Source: SAR202 cluster bacterium AG-426-M11
Lineage (GTDB): Bacteria; Chloroflexota; Dehalococcoidia; Lucifugimonadales; UBA826
Assembly: GCA_003213095.1 (NCBI GenBank)
Contig: QCNV01000003.1
Coordinates: 3,470 to 67,469 of the forward strand
Length of the DNA: 64,000 nt
Reading direction: 5' to 3'
The notes beneath the pieces are model-generated. The model was given only the letters and a program-made list of their open reading frames with translations, searched no databases and was not told the origin of the DNA. Position 1 is the stretch's first letter, and each line of letters begins with the position of its first letter. The translations under genes were made by a program, and so were the position numbers. This document shows, one piece after another, positions 56,306 to 64,000 of the stretch.

Positions 56306-57223
56306 CTATTCAGGATCATTTTCAAACTTTTCACCCATCTGATTCAAAAAGTCTTCAACATCAGCCGATAAGTTTACTTCGGAAGTTTCAGAGTCTTCTT
56401 TTTCATCAGAGGCTGTCTTTGATAAAACTCTGTCGTAGTAAGTTTCTAATTGCTTAATTAAGGTACCTACTTCTCCTGTATAATCGATAGACTTATCTAT
56501 ATCCTTATATTGTTGTACTCCAAAATCTTTATTGATAATTTCTTCAGAAAATCCATATACAGCACACAAAACTTCTAACAACCTTGCAGCACCCAAATGA
56601 TCTCTATCTAACTGAACGTATTGTGGAAGATGAGCCATTAAAGTTGAATTAGGGATATTATTTTCAGAAAAATGTTGGTTAACCAAATTTAAAATTGATG
56701 TGGGCCCCTGATAAGTACTTTTTCTAGCTTTCAAAACACCAGAAGCTGCTAATTCTTGTTCAGGTTTCATAGAACCTGTAACTAAAATAGGCCTAGTATG
56801 TGGAACAGAATCATACATACCACCAATTCGAACAAATTCTGAAACGTTTGCAAATTTAAATAATTGTAAAATTGAATCAACATACTCTTCAGCATTTTGA
56901 TGAGGTTCACGCATATGAATAAAAATCAAATTCTTCTTCAAATTATTGTCAAATGCGTGATATACATAGGTATTAGGAACATTTAAAACCCTTTGACCAT
57001 TTTTAACCTGAGCCCTAGGCCTATATCTAGTGAAGTCAAAATACTTACCTGGCTTTAAAAATTTGCCTATTTCTTTAGCTCCTAAATTGTCTTGCAATTT
57101 ATTTAATGCAACGGTCCCAACACGACCAACATCAATCCATGGCCTAAGCATAGCAAACGCGATTGTTTCAGAATCTGAAAAATCTGGCACTGGATCTATT
57201 AGTTCGAAATCACCTACATTCAT
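56306..57223 (-). CDS. PAC2-family (proteasome assembly chaperone-like) protein
   Basis: PWIDVGRVGTVALNKL...FDFTRYRPR...IHMREPH...IGGMYDSVPHTRP resembles the PAC2 pattern as I recall it. Acidic C-terminal tail. Confidence 0.45.
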   Translation of the reverse strand: MNVGDFELIDPVPDFSDSETIAFAMLRPWIDVGRVGTVALNKLQDNLGAKEIGKFLKPGKYFDFTRYRPRAQVKNGQRVLNVPNTYVYHAFDNNLKKNLIFIHMREPHQNAEEYVDSILQLFKFANVSEFVRIGGMYDSVPHTRPILVTGSMKPEQELAASGVLKARKSTYQGPTSILNLVNQHFSENNIPNSTLMAHLPQYVQLDRDHLGAARLLEVLCAVYGFSEEIINKDFGVQQYKDIDKSIDYTGEVGTLIKQLETYYDRVLSKTASDEKEDSETSEVNLSADVEDFLNQMGEKFENDPE

Positions 57224-57356
57224 ACTGAAATTTTCCTAAAATTTTAGCGATTATACAACAGCATAATTTTCTCAAAAACTTACTATTGCATATATTTTCA
57301 AGTTTCCTTGTATAATCCGAATATTGTATGACAGATAAAAAGTGAAGGAAGCTACT

Positions 57357-58601
57357 ATGGTTAAACTACCTTTGGACAAACAAGCTTTATCAGGACTGAG
57401 AGTAATAGATTTTTCATGGATTGTTGCTGGCCCTCAAAACACTAGAATACTAGCTGATTTTGGTGCTGAAGTAATAAAAATTGAAAATGAAGCTAGCTTA
57501 GATTACGCTCGTCATATTGCCTCACCCTTTGCAAATGGATCTCCAAATAAAAGTCCACTACACTCAACTTTAAATAGAAATAAAAAAAGCATCACCTTAA
57601 ATGTCATGCACCCAGAAGGAATGGAATATCTCAAGGAACTTATCTCAATTTCCGATGTAATTGTTGAAAATTTTAGCGCTAAAGTTCTTGAAAAATGGGG
57701 ACTAGGTTATGAAGAACAGAAAAAAATTAGACCTGACATTATCTATTGCAGCATGTCTGGTTTCGGCCATAGCGGCAGAGACAAAGGATATGTAACATGG
57801 GGCCCTACAGCACAGGCAATTTCAGGTCTTACTTACATGTCTGGATTACCTCAAGAAGAATCTGCTGGATGGGGATTTTCATACATGGATCATACTGGAG
57901 GATTCTATGGTTGTTTGGCAATATTAATGGCGATAATTCACAGAAATAAAACAGGAGAAGGTCAACATTTAGATTTATCTCAAGTTGAAGCAGGAATAGG
58001 ATTAACAGGAACTGCAATTCTCGATTACACGGTAAACAATAGACCATTTCGTCGTCCTGATATGCCTCCGGGAAATAGGGCTCCCGAAAGAAGAATTGCT
58101 CCTCACAACTCTTATGAATGCAAAGGTGATGATCGATGGTGTGTAATTTCTGTAACTAATGATATTGAGTGGGATTTACTCGTTGAATCAATGGGAAGCC
58201 CAACCTGGGCAAAAGACTCAAAATTTACATCTATGGAATCACGTGTAACCAATCAAGATGAACTTGATAACAATATTAACCAATGGACTCAACAATTCAC
58301 TCCACAAGAAATAATGAAATTTCTTCAAGAAAAAGGAGTACCATGTGGCGCAGTTCAAACACCAAGTGAAAGAGTAGAACAAGACCAACAACTCAAACAC
58401 AGAAATTTCATCGCTACGGCTCCACATGCTGAATTAGAGACTACTCGGGTGGAGTCTATACCTATGAATATGTCTGAAACTCCATGGCAAATGAAAACAT
58501 CTGCTCCACTATTAGGTGAACATTCAGCAGATATCTACCTAGATCTTTTAGGTGTGCCAGGAGAAGAGCTTGGAAGACTTTACGAGGAGGGAATCGCATA
58601 A
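57357..58601 (+). CDS. class III CoA-transferase (first of a translationally coupled pair)
   Basis: LSGLRVIDFSWIVAGPQNTRILADFGAEVIKIE and VIVENFSAKVLEKWGLGYE. GAAGGAAG SD before ATG 57357. Its stop overlaps the next start (TAATG). Confidence 0.85.
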   Translation: MVKLPLDKQALSGLRVIDFSWIVAGPQNTRILADFGAEVIKIENEASLDYARHIASPFANGSPNKSPLHSTLNRNKKSITLNVMHPEGMEYLKELISISDVIVENFSAKVLEKWGLGYEEQKKIRPDIIYCSMSGFGHSGRDKGYVTWGPTAQAISGLTYMSGLPQEESAGWGFSYMDHTGGFYGCLAILMAIIHRNKTGEGQHLDLSQVEAGIGLTGTAILDYTVNNRPFRRPDMPPGNRAPERRIAPHNSYECKGDDRWCVISVTNDIEWDLLVESMGSPTWAKDSKFTSMESRVTNQDELDNNINQWTQQFTPQEIMKFLQEKGVPCGAVQTPSERVEQDQQLKHRNFIATAPHAELETTRVESIPMNMSETPWQMKTSAPLLGEHSADIYLDLLGVPGEELGRLYEEGIA

Positions 58602-59863
58602 TGACAAGTGCATTAGACGGAATTACAGTTTTAGAGCTTTGTGGAGAAAGAGGCCAATTGATGGGAAAACTGATGGGTGATATGGGAGCTCGAGTAATTA
58701 AAGTTGAACCCATAGGTGGATCTGACACAAGATCCATAGGACCATTTAAAGATGATCAAATCAACAAAAATCAAAGCTTATATTTTTGGGCTAATAACAC
58801 TTCTAAAGAAAGCATAGAAGTGGACATCACTTCACAAGAAGGAATAGAAATTATCAAATCATTATCCAAAATTTGTGATGTAGTTTTTGAAGATTATGAC
58901 CCAGGGTATTTAGAATCACTTGGATTAGGGTATGGCGAGTTGTCAAAAAATCATCCTGAATTAATTATGACATCATTAACAGCATTTGGTCAGGATGGTC
59001 CCTATAGAGATTTCAAGTCTACAGACTTAGTTGCTTTAGCTATGGGTGGACAAATGCACTCATGCGGATATGACGATCTACCGGGAGCACCACCTATAAG
59101 ACCTTATGGAGATCATGGAAACTACATAGCATCTCACTATGGCTTAATGGGAACTCTATCTGCATTAATATACAGAGATTTTTCTGGAAAAGGTCAATAT
59201 ATTGATGCTTCAGCTCATGAGGCTTGCTCTTCAACAACAGAAGTAGCATTACCAGCATATTTATACCCTCCAAATAAAGAGGTTTTTAGACAAACAGGCA
59301 GACATGCCGGGACTTTTCCCACTGCAAAAACTTTATGTAAAACAGTTGACAATAAATATCTAATTGTTTTTAGAATTTTTATGGATTTAAGTTCATGGAT
59401 AGCTTTAGTCAAATGGATGGATCTTCATGGAATGGCAGAGGATTTAGCAGATCAAAAATTTAAGGACATGGCTGCTAATAGAACTGCCGGTACAGAAGAT
59501 GGAGATTATGCTATGGAGGTTTTAAGAAAATTTATTGCAACTCGACCAGCAGAAGAAGTGTACAGAAAATCTCAAGAACTCCGATTTCCTTGGGGTGTTG
59601 TAAGGTCTCCGGAAGAAAACCTTGACGATCCGCATTTTTATGAAGATAGGGGAATGTTTACAAAAATTGATCACCCTGAACTAGGAAATGACGTTTCATA
59701 CACATATGTAGGTAGGCCATATAATTTTAAAGGCACTCCTTGGAGTGCTTCAAGGGCTCCATTACTGGCAGAAAATACTAAAAAAATCTTAATAGAAGAC
59801 TTAGATTACTCTAACGAAAAAATATCCAACTTAGCTTCCTCAGGTGTCATTGGAGTCAATTGA
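58601..59863 (+). CDS. class III CoA-transferase (second of the pair)
   Basis: LDGITVLELCGERGQLMGKLMGDMGARVIKVEP and VVFEDYDPGYLESLGLGY. Confidence 0.85.
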   Translation: MTSALDGITVLELCGERGQLMGKLMGDMGARVIKVEPIGGSDTRSIGPFKDDQINKNQSLYFWANNTSKESIEVDITSQEGIEIIKSLSKICDVVFEDYDPGYLESLGLGYGELSKNHPELIMTSLTAFGQDGPYRDFKSTDLVALAMGGQMHSCGYDDLPGAPPIRPYGDHGNYIASHYGLMGTLSALIYRDFSGKGQYIDASAHEACSSTTEVALPAYLYPPNKEVFRQTGRHAGTFPTAKTLCKTVDNKYLIVFRIFMDLSSWIALVKWMDLHGMAEDLADQKFKDMAANRTAGTEDGDYAMEVLRKFIATRPAEEVYRKSQELRFPWGVVRSPEENLDDPHFYEDRGMFTKIDHPELGNDVSYTYVGRPYNFKGTPWSASRAPLLAENTKKILIEDLDYSNEKISNLASSGVIGVN

Positions 59864-60285
59864 CCATGACTGATGCAGAGAAACAAGCTATAGAAGCTGC
59901 TCTTTTTTGGAATGAAGAAGGATTTAATAAAAGAGATAGAAATATTTCGGTAGATTTAATGCATTTTCCTCATGTCAGGTTATGGAATAACCAATTTTCT
60001 ATATTTAACTCTGCTGAAGAATTTTTAACCGGATTTGATTTACAAACTAAAAAACTGAAGCAAGAGGGATGGACCCACACTGTTACTATAGATATTAAAG
60101 CAGTTCAATCTGATGACACTAAAGTTCATTTATTGCTTCTACAATCTAGGCGAAACAAACATGATGTTGAGATTGAAAATTTTCAAACATTATGGATTAT
60201 GACAAAAATTGATGGTAAATGGGGAATCAAATTTAGATCATCATTTGTATCCGGAGCATCTCAAATTTCTGAAACGACTATTTAA
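59860..60285 (+). CDS. NTF2/SnoaL-like small protein
   Basis: 141 aa with 4-nt start/stop overlap to the upstream gene. The alpha+beta cone-like pattern (...WNEEGFNKRD..., ...WIMTKIDGKWGI) gives only a weak assignment. Confidence 0.4.
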   Translation: MTMTDAEKQAIEAALFWNEEGFNKRDRNISVDLMHFPHVRLWNNQFSIFNSAEEFLTGFDLQTKKLKQEGWTHTVTIDIKAVQSDDTKVHLLLLQSRRNKHDVEIENFQTLWIMTKIDGKWGIKFRSSFVSGASQISETTI

Positions 60286-60367
60286 AAAATCTTATTAAAA
60301 CTAGTACCTTTTCATATCAAATTTATGGATAATGTAACAAAATTACTATAAAGATCGGTTTAAAAAT

Positions 60368-61408
60368 ATGCGTATAGAAACAGACATAAAATTAGATTAC
60401 CAAGATGTATTACTTAAGCCTAAAAGGTCAAAATTATCTTCTAGAAAAGAAGTGTTGATGGAACGTGAATTTAAATTCCTACATTCTGGCTTAAATTTTA
60501 CAGGGATACCTATAGTTGCTTCTAACATGGATGGAGTCGGGACTTTTTCTATGGCGAAAGTTTTACAAAACAGAAAGATGCTTACTGTTATTAGAAAACA
60601 TTACTCTATAAAAGAATGGGAAAATGCTTTCGATAATGATTTAAACCCTGAATATATTTCTGTTTGCACCGGCATCAACCAAATGTGGGAAGAGGACGCT
60701 ATTGATTTTAATACACTCAAAAATGTTCTTAACGAATTTCCCCAAATTCCATTTATTACCATTGATGTAGCAAACGGATATCATCAAAATTTTGTCGATT
60801 TTATCAAGCAAGTAAGAGATTCATTTCCTGATAAAACGATCATAGCTGGAAATGTCATTACAGCTGAAATGACAGAAGAATTGATTTTAAACGGTGCAGA
60901 CATTGTGAAATGTGGAATTGGTCCAGGATCAGTTTGTACAACTAGACTCATGACTGGAGTTGGAATCCCTCAATTGTCAGGAATGATTGAATGTGCTGAC
61001 GCTGCTCATGGTGTGGGGGGATTAGTTATAGCTGATGGAGGTTGCGTTTACCCCGGAGATGTTGCTAAAGCATTTGGTGCCGGATCCGACTTTGTCATGC
61101 TGGGAGGAATGTTAGCAGGACATGACGAATCTGAAGGAGAAGTAAAAAATGGGCAAATCGAATTTTATGGAATGAGCTCAGATACAGCAATGTCTATTCA
61201 TGGATCTGGAAAAGAAGGATACAGAGGCTCTGAAGGAAAACTTGTGACACTTAAACATAGGGGTCCCGTAGAAGAAACATTAATAGAAATAGTAGGTGGA
61301 GTAAGATCTGCATGCACTTATATAGGGGCCAAAAGAATTAAAGATATGCCAAAATGCTCTACATTTGTACGAGTAAATCAACAGGTCAATACTGTTTTTG
61401 ATAATTAA
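60368..61408 (+). CDS. guaC: GMP reductase
   Basis: Near-collinear with enterobacterial GuaC: MRIE.D.KL...DVL..PKRS, ANMD.VGTFSMA, IDVANGY, GIGPGSVCTTR, DGGC..PGDVAKAFG.G.DFVMLGGMLAGH. Confidence 0.9.
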   Translation: MRIETDIKLDYQDVLLKPKRSKLSSRKEVLMEREFKFLHSGLNFTGIPIVASNMDGVGTFSMAKVLQNRKMLTVIRKHYSIKEWENAFDNDLNPEYISVCTGINQMWEEDAIDFNTLKNVLNEFPQIPFITIDVANGYHQNFVDFIKQVRDSFPDKTIIAGNVITAEMTEELILNGADIVKCGIGPGSVCTTRLMTGVGIPQLSGMIECADAAHGVGGLVIADGGCVYPGDVAKAFGAGSDFVMLGGMLAGHDESEGEVKNGQIEFYGMSSDTAMSIHGSGKEGYRGSEGKLVTLKHRGPVEETLIEIVGGVRSACTYIGAKRIKDMPKCSTFVRVNQQVNTVFDN

Positions 61409-61595
61409 TTTATGAAAATAAAATTTTCGAGCATTTCATTCAATCTTGGATATTTTGGTTGTCTCATACCACTAATAATATTATTTCTTGTTTTATTTGG
61501 TTTTTGCAGAGCTGGAAACGTTTTATAAAAAGTTTTTTAAAAAAAGCTATATAATGCCCACACTCTGAAAGAAAAATCAAAAAATAGGAGTGAAT

Positions 61596-62630
61596 ATGAA
61601 AGCTGCTTTTTATGTTGGACCAAATCAAATGGAAATCCATGATTATGAAACTCCTTCTCCAGAACCTGATGAAGTCTTAGTTCGTATCAAATCTACGGGT
61701 ATTTGTGGTTCAGATCTAAATATGAATTTAGCTAAAACTGGCCCAGACATAGCTCCTTCAGGTCATGAAATTGCTGGAGAAATAGTAGACGTAGGTCAAC
61801 GAGTTAATCCTGAAAATATAGGTAAAAAAGTAGCTGTAGATGGAATAGGTACTGGAAAGGCTTGTTTTAATTGTTGGTATTGCCGTCAAGGTCAATATAT
61901 CCATTGCCCAAACAAAAACTCAAGAAGCAGTGGGGGATTTGCAGAATTTGTTTGCAAGGATTTAAGAGGATGTTTTGAACTTACTGAATCTATGACTTGG
62001 GAAGAAGGTGCATTAGTAGAACCCCTAGCAGTTTCTGTTCATGGAGCTAGGATAGGTAATTTAAAAGGTGGAGAAACTGTTGCTATAGTAGGTTCTGGTA
62101 ACATTGGACTAACTACTATCACTGCTGCTAAGGAATTAGGAGCAGGACAAATATTCGTTTCTGCTCGCCATCAACAACAAGCTGATATGGCTTTAAAACT
62201 TGGGGCAACAGAAGTCGCAAGCTCAGAAGGAGATGATCTTGAACAATTAATTCTCGATCACACTTCAGGAAGAGGAGCTGATATTACTTTTGAGACTGTT
62301 GGAGGCAGTACTTCTGCTACATTATCACAATCCATGAAAGTTACTAGAAGACAGGGCAGAGTAGTAATACTTGGTGTGTTCTACGGTGACCAAGCAATAG
62401 ACTGGAATGGCCCTGTATTAAAAGAATTAACTGTTCAAGGTTCTAGTTGTTATGGGTTAATTGACGGCATACATGATTATGAAGCCTCAGTAGAAATTTT
62501 ATCTAGGAAACATGTCAATCTAAGTGAAATCGTAACACACAAGTTTGGACTTGAAGAAATTCAAAAAGGATTTGAAACAGCTTATGATAAAAAAACCGGG
62601 TCAATTAAAGTACAAATTATGCAGAATTAG
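61596..62630 (+). CDS. zinc-dependent medium-chain dehydrogenase (sorbitol/threonine dehydrogenase-like)
   Basis: GICGSDL, GHE.AGE, structural-Zn Cys cluster CFNCWYCRQGQYIHC, and GSGNIG NAD motif. Confidence 0.85.
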   Translation: MKAAFYVGPNQMEIHDYETPSPEPDEVLVRIKSTGICGSDLNMNLAKTGPDIAPSGHEIAGEIVDVGQRVNPENIGKKVAVDGIGTGKACFNCWYCRQGQYIHCPNKNSRSSGGFAEFVCKDLRGCFELTESMTWEEGALVEPLAVSVHGARIGNLKGGETVAIVGSGNIGLTTITAAKELGAGQIFVSARHQQQADMALKLGATEVASSEGDDLEQLILDHTSGRGADITFETVGGSTSATLSQSMKVTRRQGRVVILGVFYGDQAIDWNGPVLKELTVQGSSCYGLIDGIHDYEASVEILSRKHVNLSEIVTHKFGLEEIQKGFETAYDKKTGSIKVQIMQN

Positions 62631-62640
62631 GAATCAATAA

Positions 62641-64000
62641 ATGGAATATGATTTTGTTGTCATAGGATCTGGATCAGGTGGTTCAATAATTGCTTCGAGA
62701 TTATCTGAAAACCCAAACAATTCGGTTTTATTGTTAGAAGGTGGACCAGATTATCAAAATTTTGATGAAATACCTGAAGATATCAAATTAGGGTATGCAA
62801 CTGGAACTCATCTTGCAATTTACGAACATCATGATTGGGGTCATACAGGATTAGTAGGTGATTATGCAGAAGCTAAAGATAGAGAAATCAGATTACCTAG
62901 AGGAAAAATCACAGGTGGCAGTAGCTCAATCAACGGTCAAATTTTCCTTAGAGGCCTAACTCATGATTTCGAATTATGGAATCAAAAAGGACTTAATCAA
63001 TGGAAATATGAAGATGTACTTCCTTATTTCAATAAACTAGAAAACGATTTGGATTTTTCAGATGATTTCCACGGCTCTGACGGACCAATTCTTGCTCAGC
63101 GTTTCCCTGAAAGTGAATGGACTGAACCTCAAAAACTATTTTATGACGCTTGTATTAAAGAGGGGTACCCTGTTGCAAAAGATTTAAATTTGCCCGATGC
63201 AACAGGAGTAGGGGCATTTCCTTGCAATAACTATCAGGGAATTAGAATGAGCACTGCTATAGGATATCTATCAGATGCACGACATAGATTAAATTTAACC
63301 ATTAGATCAAATTGCTATGTAACAAAATTATTAGTTAACAATCAACAAATTCAAGGTGTAGATGTAGAAAGCAATGGAGAGCAATTTAGAGTTTATGGCA
63401 ATAAAGTAATCTTATCTGCAGGAACCATTTCTAGCCCACATATTTTACTTTTATCTGGAATCGGACCAGAAGATGAATTAAAAAAACACGACATACAACA
63501 AACCGTTAACCTGCCTGGCGTGGGTAAAAATTTAAGAGACCACCCAATGAATTATGTCAAAATGGGTGTAAAAGATATAACAAAATTAGACACATCCAAA
63601 CCAATGCTACAAGTTGGCTTAAGATATTCTTCTTCAGCTGCACCAGAAATGCCTGACGATATGATTTTATATATGAATTCTTATGCTTCTGAAGGAGACT
63701 ACAGGGATATTCTTTTTGACAGAGACAAAAACCATAATTCAGAATTAACTGGTATCCAAATCGCAGTTTTACTATATCTTGCTACTAGTCAAGGATCTGT
63801 ATCATTAAAATCTAGTGATCCTCACGATAAGCCAAATATCACTCTGAACCTACTTAAAAGTGAAATAGATGTAAAGAGAATGGCAGAAGGTATCAGAAAA
63901 GCAGACGAAATCATGCACAGTTCAGAATTATCAAATTTTGTTACACAAAGACAAAGCCCATCAGATGAAATTTTAAGTGATGAGAAAAAATTTCACTCTT
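62641..64000 (+). CDS. GMC-family FAD oxidoreductase, 3' end cut by window edge (paralogue of 28528..30093)
   Basis: Not in the ORF track because it runs off the window. MEYDFVVIGSGSGGSIIASRLSENPNNSVLLLEGGPDY and GGSSSINGQIFLRG. Open to nt 64000. Confidence 0.85.
   Translation, partial: MEYDFVVIGSGSGGSIIASRLSENPNNSVLLLEGGPDYQNFDEIPEDIKLGYATGTHLAIYEHHDWGHTGLVGDYAEAKDREIRLPRGKITGGSSSINGQIFLRGLTHDFELWNQKGLNQWKYEDVLPYFNKLENDLDFSDDFHGSDGPILAQRFPESEWTEPQKLFYDACIKEGYPVAKDLNLPDATGVGAFPCNNYQGIRMSTAIGYLSDARHRLNLTIRSNCYVTKLLVNNQQIQGVDVESNGEQFRVYGNKVILSAGTISSPHILLLSGIGPEDELKKHDIQQTVNLPGVGKNLRDHPMNYVKMGVKDITKLDTSKPMLQVGLRYSSSAAPEMPDDMILYMNSYASEGDYRDILFDRDKNHNSELTGIQIAVLLYLATSQGSVSLKSSDPHDKPNITLNLLKSEIDVKRMAEGIRKADEIMHSSELSNFVTQRQSPSDEILSDEKKFHS

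Noticed and set aside
1-64000. CRISPR arrays, rRNA genes, insertion sequences, prophage or defence-system genes (restriction-modification, toxin-antitoxin, retron, Cas).
   Set aside because: There are no repeat-spacer periodicities and no large non-coding regions; the longest gaps are about 200-280 bp. Every long ORF is accounted for by a metabolic, transport, housekeeping or structural-looking product.

Overview
This is an AT-rich (roughly one-third G+C by eye, not computed), very gene-dense 64-kb chromosomal segment from a streamlined, probably marine, heterotrophic bacterium. The lineage cannot be fixed from this window. The GTAC/GTTC-type LexA boxes, a PAC2-like protein and a leaderless polycysteine uORF hint at an Actinomycetota- or Chloroflexota-like organism, but that is inference only. 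I call about 66 protein-coding genes and one tRNA-Leu(CAA). I saw no rRNA, CRISPR array, transposase, integrase or phage genes. Housekeeping genes (fmt, dnaN, lexA, rnd, guaC, msrB, cyclophilin, ggt) sit among many paralogous catabolic and transport genes. These include 4 HpcH/CitE-type aldolase/lyases, 2 enolase-superfamily enzymes, 2 GMC oxidoreductases, 2 luciferase-like monooxygenases, 3 class-III CoA-transferases, 3 D-2-hydroxyacid dehydrogenases, 5 MFS transporters, plus RND, MATE and EamA transporters. Four items most deserve a second look. (1) A leaderless 26-codon polycysteine uORF (CSCCC) is followed by a strong intrinsic terminator directly upstream of an SsuD-like monooxygenase-msrB operon, which suggests a cysteine-sensing attenuator. 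(2) A membrane-anchored thioredoxin-fold gene has an in-frame TGA exactly at the first Cys of its CxxC motif, making it a candidate UxxC selenoprotein. (3) Two tandem paralogous giant acidic coiled-coil lipoproteins (809 and 991 aa) have no function I can assign. (4) The lexA promoter is bracketed by two inverted SOS boxes. A D-2-hydroxyacid dehydrogenase gene is also broken by a T8 homopolymer frameshift.
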